Of a stretch of 64,000 nucleotides of DNA, positions 1 through 9,726 are shown one piece after another. Every line of letters begins with the position of its first letter. Position 1 is the first letter of the stretch. The stretch is from Vulcanimicrobiota bacterium (GTDB lineage: Bacteria > Vulcanimicrobiota > Vulcanimicrobiia > Vulcanimicrobiales > Vulcanimicrobiaceae), in NCBI GenBank assembly GCA_963733295.1, contig CAVTCS010000003.1, positions 480,001 through 544,000 of the forward strand, read 5' to 3'. A program made the position numbers and the translations under genes. The notes under the pieces are model-generated. The model was not told the origin of the DNA, made no database searches, and saw nothing but the letters and a program-made list of their open reading frames with translations.

Positions 1-2118
1 ACTGAAGACTTCCAGACACTGCAAGAGCGCGATCATGCCGGAATCCGCGAACCAGTTGCCGCGAAAGTAGAAGTGCCCGGAGTGCTCCCCGCCGAAAATG
101 ACGTCCTCGTCGCGCATGATCTTTTTGATCAGCGAATGACCGACGGGGGAACGCCGCGGCACGCCGCCGGCGCGCTCGATCGCTTCGGGCACGCTCCGGC
201 TGGAAATCAAGTTGTAGAGGATCTTCGCTCCGGGGTCGCGTTTGAGCGTGTTGATTCCGACCAGCGCGGTCACCATGTCGCCGCCGATCAGCCCGCCTTT
301 TTCGTCGACGATGAACATGCGGTCGGCGTCGCCGTCAAAGGCGGCTCCCAAGTCGCACCCGTTCTCGATCACGGCCTTCTGCAGATCGACCATGTTCTCC
401 GGCTCGATCGGGCTCGCCGGGTGGTTCGGGAAGGTTCCGTCGAGTTCGAAAAACAGCGGAATCACTTGGCACGGAAGGTGTTTGAAAACGTGCGGAACGG
501 TGAGTCCCGCCATGCCGTTCCCCGCGTCGATCGCGATCTTGAACGGCTTGATCGTTGAGGGATCGATGAAGCTCAAGCAATGGCTCGCGAACTCATCCAG
601 GATCTCTTTGTGCGAGATCGTCCCGCGGTGCTCCGCCGGCGGTCCGTACGTTCCGCTCGCCACCTGATCGCGAATTCGCGCGAGGCCGGTCTCGAGCGAG
701 ATCGCTTGCGCGCGGTCGCGCGTGAACTTCATGCCGTTGTAGTTAGCCGGGTTGTGCGACGCCGTGATCATGACGCCGCCCGCGAAACCGTATTTTCCGA
801 CCGCGAAGTAGAGTGCGTCGGTCGAGACGAGTCCGACGTCGGTGACGTCGGCGCCGGCCTCGTTCGCACCGCGCGCGAAGGCCTCGAAGAGCTTTTGGCC
901 CGACGGGCGCATGTCGCGGCCTACCACGATCGACCCCAGTCCGAGTTGTTCGACGAACGCGCGCCCGATGCCGTACGCGATGTCGTCGTTGAATTCGTCC
1001 GGATAGATTCCGCGCACGTCGTAGCTCTTGAAGATCGAGCTGAGCCCGGCCATTGAGACACCGGCCGTCGAGACATCGGACGTCGAGACATCGGCCGGCG
1101 ACACGCCCGCGATCGAAACGTCGGGCTCGGCACTCGCCGCCGGCGCGGCGTCCGGGACGGTGACGAAGGCTTCGATCGCTTCGGCGCACTTCTCGGGCTC
1201 TTCTTCGAGTGGAAGGATGCCCGACGCGGGTAGCGTCACCAAATGCGCGTCCTTGGCGAGCCGCACGAATTCATGCGCGCGCTCGAGCGGGCTCGTTTTC
1301 GACGCGCGCTCGCCCCACAGAACCAAAAGCGGCGCTTCGACGAACGGGAGATCGCGCGCCACGTCACAGTTCAGCGCGCCGCCCAAGAAGTGCGCGGGCA
1401 CGAAGCGCGCCCCCGGTTGATGGGTGACCGCGTAGTAGTGGTCGAGAACTTCGGGCGTCACCGAGGCGGCCGACGCGTACGCCTGGTTGCGCAAGAAGCG
1501 CGCGATCGACGGCTTCGAGGCGAGTCCGTTGAAGGCACTTTCGCCTGCGACCGGAGAGCGAAAAAACGAGGTTGTCGCGCGACGTGCGAGGCTCGGTTCG
1601 GAGTCGAGAACTCCGAGGCCGGTGGGACAGCTCACGACGAGATGCTCGACCAGTTCGGGTACCCGTGTCGCCGCCCGGATGGCGTAGGCCGCGCCGAGCG
1701 AGGTCCCCACGAGCGTGAGCGGTTCGGTCGTGAATTCGCGGATCGCGTCCACGATCTGTTCGACGAACAGCTCGGCGCTATAGTCGACATCGGGCATTTC
1801 GGAGAGGCCGCAGCCCAGCAGATCGAAGGCGATGACCCGATGGCTCTCGCCGAGGATGGGCGCGATTTTGCGGAATTCGTACGACGAAGCGCCGGCGCCC
1901 AGGCCGTGCACGAGCAGCAGAGGCGGCCCCGCGCCCAGTTCGGTCGCGAAAATCTCGTGCCCGCGCCACTGCCACCGGCGCCGCACGCCGCCGATGTGAT
2001 CGACCGGCAGCGGCCCGCTCGCGCGTAGACCCCGGTTGACGAGCACTGCTGCCGCCCCGGTGAGTCCGATCGCCCCGAGCGGCCGGAGCAGTTTGCGAAA
2101 TTTTTCGAATGATCCCAC
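1..2118 (-). CDS. alpha/beta-hydrolase-fold domain fused to phosphomannomutase/phosphoglucomutase (3' end beyond window)
   Basis: Manual translation from GTG 2118: MGSFEK..., LLLVHGLG, GTSLG elbow, then a stop-free linker into IFKSYDVRG, ITASHNP (phosphoserine loop), FDGDADR (metal loop), GGEHSGH (sugar loop). Absent from the ORF track because it has no stop inside the window. Confidence 0.88.
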   Translation of the reverse strand, partial: MGSFEKFRKLLRPLGAIGLTGAAAVLVNRGLRASGPLPVDHIGGVRRRWQWRGHEIFATELGAGPPLLLVHGLGAGASSYEFRKIAPILGESHRVIAFDLLGCGLSEMPDVDYSAELFVEQIVDAIREFTTEPLTLVGTSLGAAYAIRAATRVPELVEHLVVSCPTGLGVLDSEPSLARRATTSFFRSPVAGESAFNGLASKPSIARFLRNQAYASAASVTPEVLDHYYAVTHQPGARFVPAHFLGGALNCDVARDLPFVEAPLLVLWGERASKTSPLERAHEFVRLAKDAHLVTLPASGILPLEEEPEKCAEAIEAFVTVPDAAPAASAEPDVSIAGVSPADVSTSDVSTAGVSMAGLSSIFKSYDVRGIYPDEFNDDIAYGIGRAFVEQLGLGSIVVGRDMRPSGQKLFEAFARGANEAGADVTDVGLVSTDALYFAVGKYGFAGGVMITASHNPANYNGMKFTRDRAQAISLETGLARIRDQVASGTYGPPAEHRGTISHKEILDEFASHCLSFIDPSTIKPFKIAIDAGNGMAGLTVPHVFKHLPCQVIPLFFELDGTFPNHPASPIEPENMVDLQKAVIENGCDLGAAFDGDADRMFIVDEKGGLIGGDMVTALVGINTLKRDPGAKILYNLISSRSVPEAIERAGGVPRRSPVGHSLIKKIMRDEDVIFGGEHSGHFYFRGNWFADSGMIALLQCLEVFS
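1042..1122 (-). repeat. degenerate 15-bp tandem repeat encoding a 5-aa linker repeat (DVSIA GVSPA DVSTS DVSTA GVSMA)
   Basis: Minus-strand units such as gatgtctcgacgtcc / gatgtctcgacggcc / ggtgtctcaatggcc. Confidence 0.75.
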
Positions 2119-2195
2119 ACGCGCCCTATTCGCTCAGGAGGCGGAGGGCCTTGCGGCTGGGTTTCAGCTTCGCCAGTGTTGGAAATAGAGTCCGT

Positions 2196-2657
2196 GTGCT
2201 AAAACGCCGGCCGGGGCGGTCCCACGGCGGAAGGTTGTTATTCGGCACCGCTCTGGCGGTGTGGTTCGGCTTGCCATTTCCGCTCGAAGCGCGAGCCGAT
2301 AGCTGCTGGCCGGTCACGAGCGGCAGCCGGGTTTCGCTTATGTCGGACGCTAAGGATCCCGACGTGTTTCTGTGGGATTCCCGCGAGCGTCTGATCGACT
2401 ATTCCGCCGGGGAGTGGGGCGACGCGCAGGCGATTTTCGCGCACACGATCCTAGCGCGACCGGGAACCCCCGCCGTGGTCGTCAGTTGCGAGTCCGGCGT
2501 CGCTCATCCGCGGTTCCAATCCGGTTCCCGGGACGCGATCGGCGTCCGGATCATGTCGGGGCCCTACCGGGGGCGTTTCGGTTGGGTTCTTTCGAGCGAC
2601 ATTCACCCGCTGCGCGGCCCGCACGACTCGAGCGTCGTCGGAACGCCGCGAAACTGA
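2196..2657 (+). CDS. hypothetical exported protein
   Basis: ORF 2109..2657. Probable GTG start at 2196 gives a basic N-terminus, hydrophobic stretch and ARA cleavage motif. Confidence 0.6.
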   Translation: MLKRRPGRSHGGRLLFGTALAVWFGLPFPLEARADSCWPVTSGSRVSLMSDAKDPDVFLWDSRERLIDYSAGEWGDAQAIFAHTILARPGTPAVVVSCESGVAHPRFQSGSRDAIGVRIMSGPYRGRFGWVLSSDIHPLRGPHDSSVVGTPRN

Positions 2658-3425
2658 CGGACCGCTCGGAACGACGGTCAGCACACCTTCCCGCTCGAAT
2701 TGCGTGAAGGCGATTCCGTAGGCCCGTTCGAGGATCGCCGGGTCGAGCGCGTCCGGCGGTGCGCCGTCGGCTAAAAGCTCGCCCGCGGCGACGACGAGAA
2801 TCCGGTCGGCAGCGGCGGCCTGCGTGAGGTCGTGGAGCACCGCGACGACGCTGCGCGCCCCCCGTGCGAGCGTGAGTAGCAGACTCAAGATTTCGTGCGC
2901 GAAGCGCGGATCGAGGTGACTCGTCGGCTCGTCGACGAGGACGACGCTCGCTTCTTGCGCGAGCGCGAGCGCGAGCCGAGCGCGTTGCCGTTCGCCCGAG
3001 CTAAGCGTTTCGAACGGCCGCTCCGAGCAGCCTTCGAGATCGACGTGACGCAGCGCCACGTCGACGCAGCGGCGATCGCTCTCGCGCTCGCCCCACTCCC
3101 ACCAGTCGCGGTGGGCGAAGCGCCCCGTCGCAACGACATCGCGAGTGCTCGTTCCGTAGGGCAACTCGCTTTCGCTTCCGAGCAGCGTTACGCTGCGCGC
3201 GCGCTCGCGCGCCGAGAGGCGATGAACCGGCGCACCGTCGATCGTCACCTCGCCTGCCAGCGGCCGGATGAAGCCCGCGATGGTGCGCAGAAGCGTCGTC
3301 TTGCCGGCGCCGTTCGGTCCCACGATCGCGACGAATTCTCCCGGCGCGACCTCGAAGCTGATGTTCTCGAACAACGTGCGCGTTCCGGCGGCGACGCGCA
3401 CGTCGCGCAGCGCTACGTGCCCCAC
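2451..3425 (-). CDS. btuD: cobalamin/iron-siderophore ABC transporter ATP-binding protein (BtuD-like)
   Basis: Walker A GPNGAGKT, LSSGERQR signature, DEPTSHLD Walker B. In operon with permease and TonB receptor under a B12 riboswitch. Confidence 0.85.
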   Translation of the reverse strand: MGHVALRDVRVAAGTRTLFENISFEVAPGEFVAIVGPNGAGKTTLLRTIAGFIRPLAGEVTIDGAPVHRLSARERARSVTLLGSESELPYGTSTRDVVATGRFAHRDWWEWGERESDRRCVDVALRHVDLEGCSERPFETLSSGERQRARLALALAQEASVVLVDEPTSHLDPRFAHEILSLLLTLARGARSVVAVLHDLTQAAAADRILVVAAGELLADGAPPDALDPAILERAYGIAFTQFEREGVLTVVPSGPSVSRRSDDARVVRAAQRVNVARKNPTETPPVGPRHDPDADRVPGTGLEPRMSDAGLATDDHGGGSRSR

Positions 3426-4411
3426 ATTCGCGTCGCCGAGGCGGGACGGAGATAGAGGTAGAGAAACGTCGGGACGCCGATGATCGCCAGCAGCACGCCG
3501 AGCGGGATTTCAGCCGGCGCCCACAGCGTTCTACTCGCCGCGTCGGCCAGCGGCACGAGTGCTGCGCCGAGCAGAGCACTCGCCACGAGGGCCTTGCGCC
3601 CGTCGGTCCCAAGCAGGCGCCGCGCGAGATGCGGAACGATGAGGCCGACGAAACCAATCGTTCCCGCGAGCGCGACCGCCGCCGCGGTGAGCAGCGTGGC
3701 CGCGCTCAGGATCATCCAGTTCGCGCGCGCGACGTCGAGCCCGACGGCTCGCGCCACGTCGTCGCCGAGACGCAGCGCGTTGAGCGCGGGAACGACGGCC
3801 AGGGCGAGTCCGATCCCGGCGAGCGCATAGGGAGCTGCCCAAAGCAGTTCGTTCCAGCCGCGCCCGGCGATCGAGCCCGCGAGCCACGCGAGAATCGTCG
3901 ACGAACTCGCGCGTCCGACGCGCGTGAGGGCGAGCGCGACGAACGCCGAGAAAAGCGCCGAGAGCGAAATGCCTGCGAGGATCAAACGCTCCGCGTCGAG
4001 GCCGCTTCCGCGACGCGCCAGAAAGGCGACCGCGAGTGCGGTCGCGAGGCCCGCCGCAAATCCGAGCGCCGGAACGAACGGAATCGCAACTCCGGCGGCG
4101 ATCGCGAGCGCGGTCGCGAGCGCCGCCCCCGAACTGATCCCGGTCAAGAACGGATCGACTAGCGGATTGCGCAGCATACCTTGCAGTAGGAAGCCCGAGA
4201 CGGCGAGCGCGGCGCCGACGAGCGCCGCGATACAGACGCGCGGCGCGCGTAACTGCCAGACGATGGTGGCCACGTCGCCGCTTGCGTGCGGATGGAGAAG
4301 CGTCCAAGCGACGGTCGCAACCGGAAGCTCGCTGCCGCCCACGAAAAGGCCCAGCAGCATCGCAGCACAGGCTGCGAGCGCCAGACATCCGAGGCGCAGC
4401 GCGACGGTCAT
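3413..4411 (-). CDS. btuC: FecCD/BtuC-family ABC permease
   Basis: LRAPR, RNPLVDP, LGDDVARAVG and GTIGFVGLIVPH motifs; highly hydrophobic. Confidence 0.88.
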   Translation of the reverse strand: MTVALRLGCLALAACAAMLLGLFVGGSELPVATVAWTLLHPHASGDVATIVWQLRAPRVCIAALVGAALAVSGFLLQGMLRNPLVDPFLTGISSGAALATALAIAAGVAIPFVPALGFAAGLATALAVAFLARRGSGLDAERLILAGISLSALFSAFVALALTRVGRASSSTILAWLAGSIAGRGWNELLWAAPYALAGIGLALAVVPALNALRLGDDVARAVGLDVARANWMILSAATLLTAAAVALAGTIGFVGLIVPHLARRLLGTDGRKALVASALLGAALVPLADAASRTLWAPAEIPLGVLLAIIGVPTFLYLYLRPASATRMWGT

Positions 4412-6330
4412 CGCGTGGAGACTTCGACAAAAACGCGCCGTCCCGGTGCCGGATAGCCGAAAACCGGCGCGTACTGGGTGTTGCCGAGGTTGAAGCCCCG
4501 AACCGTCAGGATCGCATGGGGCGCGAGCTGGTAGCGTACGTACGCGTCGAAGGTGCTGTAGGCATCGTAGTTTTGCGCTAGCGGCGAGACGCTGGCGGCG
4601 TCGTCGCCGTCGGATCCCATGACGACCCAGTTGAAGCCGTAGGCGAACTTCGTGGCCCCGAACGGATGGGTGAGCGCGAGGGTTGTCTGACCCACCGGGT
4701 TGTGGGGAAGTCGCGCGCCGGTCACTTGATCGATCGCGAGATAGAGATCGGTGTAGCTCGCTTCGACCGCGAGACCGCGATAGAGACGCGAGGTCGCCGT
4801 CAACGCGACGCCCGCCGTCGAGGCGCGCTGCGCGTTGACCGGAAGAAAGAGCGGCGGCGCGAACACGATGAAGTTCGAACCGTTGCGGTCGAACCAGCCG
4901 GCTGAAAACGTTACCGGGCGAGTCTCGTACGCGACGGTCACGTCGGCCGTCTGCGCCTTTTCGGGCAACAAATTGGGATTCGAGAAGCCGGGATAGTACA
5001 GATCGCTGAGCGTCGGGACGATGAACGATTCGCCGACGTTACCTGCGAAGCGGAAGTTGCCGGCGTTAATGATGCCACCGAAGGACGGTGCGAGAAGAGA
5101 TCCCGCCGGCGAATCGTTTTCGCCCCGTAAACCCACGGTGAAACGGCTTCCCGCGAACGGCGAGGCGCCGATTTGAAAATATGCGGCGCTTTGAGCCTGC
5201 GCGCTGCCGAATCCGTGGGCCGGAATCGGTGAGGCGCTCGGCTGAGGTACCGCAGGAAAGGTGAACACGCCGCTCGAGCGCGAGAGATCGATCCCGACGG
5301 TGGCGTCGAGCAGTTTGCCTGAGATGACGTCCTTGAGCGAGATCTGACTCCGTCCGGTGTAGGTATCGCTCTCGCCGCCGTTCCCAATCGGATCGTTGTA
5401 GGCGAGTCGTGTGTCGGACCCGGTCACCGTCAAACTCAAGCGCGAGCTCGCGACATCGCGCTCGACTTCGAACAAGCCGCTATCGTACGACGTATCTTGG
5501 GTTGCGGTCGTCGACGGAAAGTAGAGACTTCCCGGGACGCCGACGTCGCTGGCCGAGGCGTCGAGGCGTCCGCGCACGACGAAACCGTCGGACAGCGGAA
5601 CGTTGAAGTTCAATCTTCCGGCGCTCATATCGCCATAGGCGAAGTCGCGCACGCCGCCGGGGAACGTCGTACCCGGACCGTACGCAAAGCCCGGATACGG
5701 GTAATCGTTGGTCGCGACGTGCCGTTCGAGCGTTAAGCCGACGTCTTGCGTTCCGAAGCCGGCCCGAAAGTCGCGATCGCCGTACGAACCGGCCGAGGCT
5801 TCGAGGTATTCGCCGCGCGGCACGCTCGTGATGATGTTGATCACGCCGCCGGCAGCGCTCGTTCCGTAGAGCGTCGAAGAGCCGCTCTCGACGACTTCGA
5901 TGCGGCTCACGCCGATCGTCGAAAACTGACCCAGTTGCACCGTGCCTTGCGTCGGATCGGTGACGGGAAATCCATCCACGAGCACCAACGTCTGCTCGGA
6001 GGATGCGCCGCGAATCCCGTAACCGACTTGCGCGCCGAAGGGCCCGTACGCGAACAGATCGACTCCGGGAACTCCAACGAGAGCGTCGGCGACGGTGCGC
6101 GACCCGAACGCGTCGATGCGCGCGCGGTCGACGACGAAGGTCGGCTTCGAATCCTGTCCGATCGGTTCGAGGTGCCGGTCGGCGGTCGTGACGGAGCCGA
6201 TCTGTTGCAAGGTCAAGTCCGAACCCGGCGACGGGCTCGGGGAAGGGACCGCGACCGTTTCGGCTTGCGCCGGAGATGCTGCGGTCAGAAGAGCGGCCGC
6301 CAAGGCGCCGCCACGAGCGAGTCTCAACAC
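4408..6330 (-). CDS. btuB: TonB-dependent receptor, probable cobalamin receptor (BtuB-like)
   Basis: Signal peptide, plug motifs IRGASSEQTLVLVDG and RIEVVESGSSTLYG, C-terminal NLGNTQY...PGRRVF. Directly downstream of the cobalamin riboswitch. Confidence 0.85.
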   Translation of the reverse strand: MLRLARGGALAAALLTAASPAQAETVAVPSPSPSPGSDLTLQQIGSVTTADRHLEPIGQDSKPTFVVDRARIDAFGSRTVADALVGVPGVDLFAYGPFGAQVGYGIRGASSEQTLVLVDGFPVTDPTQGTVQLGQFSTIGVSRIEVVESGSSTLYGTSAAGGVINIITSVPRGEYLEASAGSYGDRDFRAGFGTQDVGLTLERHVATNDYPYPGFAYGPGTTFPGGVRDFAYGDMSAGRLNFNVPLSDGFVVRGRLDASASDVGVPGSLYFPSTTATQDTSYDSGLFEVERDVASSRLSLTVTGSDTRLAYNDPIGNGGESDTYTGRSQISLKDVISGKLLDATVGIDLSRSSGVFTFPAVPQPSASPIPAHGFGSAQAQSAAYFQIGASPFAGSRFTVGLRGENDSPAGSLLAPSFGGIINAGNFRFAGNVGESFIVPTLSDLYYPGFSNPNLLPEKAQTADVTVAYETRPVTFSAGWFDRNGSNFIVFAPPLFLPVNAQRASTAGVALTATSRLYRGLAVEASYTDLYLAIDQVTGARLPHNPVGQTTLALTHPFGATKFAYGFNWVVMGSDGDDAASVSPLAQNYDAYSTFDAYVRYQLAPHAILTVRGFNLGNTQYAPVFGYPAPGRRVFVEVSTR

Positions 6331-6371
6331 GTTAGCCCAACCTTTACGCGAGGTGGTAAGTAACGCGTCCG

Positions 6372-6520
6372 CTCGAGTATCCTGACTCGCGGATCGATGC
6401 CTTCGTTCCCGTAACCTTCCCGCCGTTTCCGGCAGTGGTTCCGAGCGGCTCCCCGCTTACAGTGGCGCGACCGTCCCGGACTCTCACCGGGTTCCTCGTT
6501 CGCGAACGCCTCAACGTTAG
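6372..6520 (-). promoter_or_regulatory. cobalamin (B12) riboswitch
   Basis: Minus strand reads GAGGAACCCGGTGAGAGTCCGGGACGGTCGCGCCACTGTAA...CCACTG...GGGAAGG...GAGTCAGGATAC (B12-box like), upstream of the btuB-like gene. Boundaries approximate. Confidence 0.9.
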
Positions 6521-6529
6521 ATATGCGCC

Positions 6530-7432
6530 GTGAGCGCACTCTCCTGTGCTGCCGCACGAGCTTCGCCAGGCGCCGCGGCAGCCGGGCCGAACCGGTCTCT
6601 CATCATGGTGCTCCTGCGGGGTGCGGTGCTTGCCGGGCTGATGGCCCTCGCAGCGTTCGCGCCGGCGGATTCGCAAACGAAGCCGCGCATCGTCTCGCTG
6701 ATCCCGTCGCTGACCGAAGATCTCTTCGCTATCGGCGCCGGGCCGCAGGTCGTCGGCGTTTCGGCGTGGACCGATTTTCCGCCGCAGGCGACGCACTTGC
6801 CGGTCATCGGAAGCGCGTCGTCGGTCGACACCGAGCAGGTGCTGCGCCTGCATCCGGACGCGGTGGTCGGCATTCCCGCGCAAGCCCCGCTCGTCGCCGA
6901 TCTGCGGCGAGCCGGACTACGGCCCGCTCTGCTCGCCGACGACTCCTACGATGACATCTTTCGCGACCTCAGTCAGCTCGGTCGCATCAGCGGTCACGCG
7001 AGCGAAGCGGCCGCACTCGAGACGCGCTTGCGCGCGCGAACGGCCGAGCTCGAGCACAGCGTGCGGGGGACGTCGCGGCCGCGCGTGTTCGTGGTTCTCG
7101 GCGTCGCTCCGATCTACACCGTGTCCGACAGTTCGTACATCGCGGAGTTGATCGCGCTTGCCGGCGGACGCAACGCCGCCGGAAACTTGAAGGACGTCTA
7201 CCCGCGGTTCAGCGCCGAAGCGTTGGTTGCGCTGCAACCCGACGCGATCGTCGCCGACAGCCAGAGCGGGCTCGCCGGCGTCCTCGATCGCGCTCCGTGG
7301 AACGCTCTGCGCGCGGTGCGCGAACGGCGCGTGTACGTTCTCGACGACGCAGCTCTGCTCGAGCGGCCGGGACCCCGTTACAACGAAGGCCTGGCCTGGC
7401 TGATCGCTCGTTTGCACCCGCATGGCACGTAG
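6530..7432 (+). CDS. btuF: helical-backbone substrate-binding protein (BtuF-like); true start possibly ATG 6605
   Basis: PRIVSLIPSLTEDLFAIG, EALVALQPD and RPGPR motifs; signal peptide. Confidence 0.85.
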   Translation: MSALSCAAARASPGAAAAGPNRSLIMVLLRGAVLAGLMALAAFAPADSQTKPRIVSLIPSLTEDLFAIGAGPQVVGVSAWTDFPPQATHLPVIGSASSVDTEQVLRLHPDAVVGIPAQAPLVADLRRAGLRPALLADDSYDDIFRDLSQLGRISGHASEAAALETRLRARTAELEHSVRGTSRPRVFVVLGVAPIYTVSDSSYIAELIALAGGRNAAGNLKDVYPRFSAEALVALQPDAIVADSQSGLAGVLDRAPWNALRAVRERRVYVLDDAALLERPGPRYNEGLAWLIARLHPHGT

Positions 7433-8531
7433 CAGTCAACTCGCCGCGCCGCCCCAGGAGCGCGGTCTCGTCGTCGCCGTCGACGTGCGCGATCCAAAGC
7501 GTCCGCTCGAACCCGAGCTCGCGGAGTACGAAGCTTTGATTCGCGCCGCCGGGGCAGCGGTCGCGGGACGAGTCGTGCAGCGTCTCGACGCACCCGACCC
7601 GGCGACGCTGCTCGGCAGCGGCAAAGCGCACGAGATCGCAAACCTGGCGAAAGAACTCGAGGCGACGACGCTCTTCGTCTTCAACGACTTGCGTCCGCGC
7701 CAGCGTACGAACCTGGGCAAGATCGTTCCGATCCCGATCGTCGATCGAACCACCGTGATCCTCGACATCTTCGCGCAACGCGCGCGCAGCCGCGAAGGTA
7801 AGTTGCAGGTCGAGCTGGCGCAGTTGCGGCACTCGCAAGCCAACCTCATCGGCGCGAATACCGCCCTCTCGCGTCTCGGCGGCGGTGTCGGTACGCGCGG
7901 TCCCGGCGAAACGAAGCTCGAAGTCGACCGGCGCCGCATCCAAGCGCGCATCTCGGTTCTGCGCGAGCAACTCGAAGACGTGCGCCGCGCGCGAGAAACG
8001 CGCCGTGCGCCGTCGGGCGCGATCCCGCTCGTCGCGCTCGTCGGCTACACGAACGTCGGAAAATCCTCGCTGCTCAATCGGCTCTCGCACGCTCGAGGCG
8101 ACGCCGGCGCGTTCGTTGCGGATCAGCCCTTTGCGACGCTCGACCCGACGCTGCGCCGCGTCTACCTCGAGCCTGGCCTCTACGTGCGGCTCGCCGACAC
8201 CGTCGGTTTCATCACCGATCTGCCGAAAGAGCTCGTCAACGCCTTTCGCGCGACGCTCGAAGAGCTCGATCAGGCGGACGTGCTAGTCCACGTGCTCGAC
8301 GCTTCGAACGCGGATTGGCCGCGTCAACGCGCCAGCGTCGAGGGAATTCTGCACGATCTCAAGCTCGACGCCAAGCCGACCGTCCTCGCGTTCAACAAGA
8401 GCGACGTGCGCGACCCGCACGCCGGACCGCTGCCGCCCGGTTCGATCGCGATCTCAGCGCGAACCGGTGACGGGCTCGAGCAACTGCGTGGCGCGATCGC
8501 CGCCTCTCTCGCTGCGAGCGCACACGCGTGA
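7422..8531 (+). CDS. hflX: GTPase HflX
   Basis: ILDIFAQRARSREGKLQVELAQL, GTRGPGETKLE, GYTNVGKS, DTVGFI, NKSD. Confidence 0.95.
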   Translation: MARSSQLAAPPQERGLVVAVDVRDPKRPLEPELAEYEALIRAAGAAVAGRVVQRLDAPDPATLLGSGKAHEIANLAKELEATTLFVFNDLRPRQRTNLGKIVPIPIVDRTTVILDIFAQRARSREGKLQVELAQLRHSQANLIGANTALSRLGGGVGTRGPGETKLEVDRRRIQARISVLREQLEDVRRARETRRAPSGAIPLVALVGYTNVGKSSLLNRLSHARGDAGAFVADQPFATLDPTLRRVYLEPGLYVRLADTVGFITDLPKELVNAFRATLEELDQADVLVHVLDASNADWPRQRASVEGILHDLKLDAKPTVLAFNKSDVRDPHAGPLPPGSIAISARTGDGLEQLRGAIAASLAASAHA

Positions 8532-9244
8532 GACGCTACGTCGCGCCGCTGCTCTGCGCGGTACTGGTCGCGTGCAACTCGAGCGCGAAGGTGCTCGGCG
8601 GCGATCCGCTCGTGCGAACCTTCCGCACGATCCGGCCCAGCGTCGTGCTCTTTACGATGAAGATTCCCAGCGACGACGAGAAGAAAAAGGGCCAGTTCGA
8701 CGACGCATACGGTTCGGGTGTGATCGTCGCGAGCGGCCCGTGGGGCAGTCAGATCTTGACCGTCGAGCACGTCATCCGCGACGCGCGCGATCTGAAGGCC
8801 ACGGTCGGCGAACGGCGTCTGCTACCGGCCCGCGTCACCGCGAGCGATTCGAAAGAAGATCTCGCGCTGGTCGAGGTCACCGCGCCGGGCCTTCCCGTCG
8901 CCGTGCTCGGGACGTCGCGCGGTCTCGACCCAGGGGAGCCGATCGGAGTCGCCGGCTATCCCATTCCCGACGCCTTCGAAGACGAAGGCCTCGGCGTCGC
9001 AACCTCGGTGTATGCCGGCCGCATCTCGAGCATTCGCAAGGACGCGCTGGAACTCGACCTGCCGGTCATCCCCGGTGAGAGCGGCGGGCCCGTGTTCGAC
9101 GTCCAGAACGGAACCGTGATCGCGCTCGCCGAGTCGCGCTTCGACGAAGAGAAAGCGATCGGTTTCGGCATTCCGATCGACGACGCGCGCCGGTTCCTCA
9201 AGGGCAAACTGCACGGCCCGCTCCCGACCTCGCCGCCGGGTTAG
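8528..9244 (+). CDS. trypsin-like (S1C) serine protease, probable lipoprotein
   Basis: Lipobox LVAC, GSG, LTVEHV (His), DLAL (Asp), PGESGGP (Ser); no PDZ domain. Confidence 0.85.
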   Translation: MRRYVAPLLCAVLVACNSSAKVLGGDPLVRTFRTIRPSVVLFTMKIPSDDEKKKGQFDDAYGSGVIVASGPWGSQILTVEHVIRDARDLKATVGERRLLPARVTASDSKEDLALVEVTAPGLPVAVLGTSRGLDPGEPIGVAGYPIPDAFEDEGLGVATSVYAGRISSIRKDALELDLPVIPGESGGPVFDVQNGTVIALAESRFDEEKAIGFGIPIDDARRFLKGKLHGPLPTSPPG

Positions 9245-9246
9245 CG

Positions 9247-9675
9247 CTACGTTCGAGCCGGTGACGGAGCTACGGTGACCGCGGGGACGGGCGGCGGCGC
9301 GACGTCGGCGCTCAGCGTCAGCGCTACCGGCTGCTCGATCACCGCCGTCTTGTCTTTGCCGACGGCCACGGGGATCGGTGACGGAGCTTGGTAGCCGGTT
9401 GCCGTGATGACGACTTGTTGCGTTCCGATCGGTACCTTGGGAAGCGTGAAGGCGCCCTGCGGGTCCGAGCGCGTGACGTACAGCGAGCCGACGCTGACGA
9501 GCGCACCCGAGATCGGACCGTTGGTCTTCGCGTCGATGACGCGGCCCGTGATCGCGCCGTAGTCTTGAACGCCGATGTAGTTGGGGTCGCATCCTTTGTC
9601 GCCCAAGGTCGCCGCCAAGACGGCGACGAGCAGGCCGAGGCGCAACCGCCGGGACGGGGAGAAGGTGCGGCTCAT
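9247..9675 (-). CDS. carboxypeptidase-regulatory-like domain exported protein/lipoprotein
   Basis: Start ATG 9675. GAITGRVIDAKTNGPISGALV...GAFTL...GYQ beta-sandwich pattern. Confidence 0.7.
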   Translation of the reverse strand: MSRTFSPSRRLRLGLLVAVLAATLGDKGCDPNYIGVQDYGAITGRVIDAKTNGPISGALVSVGSLYVTRSDPQGAFTLPKVPIGTQQVVITATGYQAPSPIPVAVGKDKTAVIEQPVALTLSADVAPPPVPAVTVAPSPART

Positions 9676-9726
9676 GACTGGGAAATTGGCGAAGGTTCGT
9701 TCCGCCCCTCGCGAAACTGAAGCCCG

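Noticed and set aside
73..2028. Plus-strand ORFs at the window start
   Set aside because: Antisense shadows of the hydrolase-PMM fusion.
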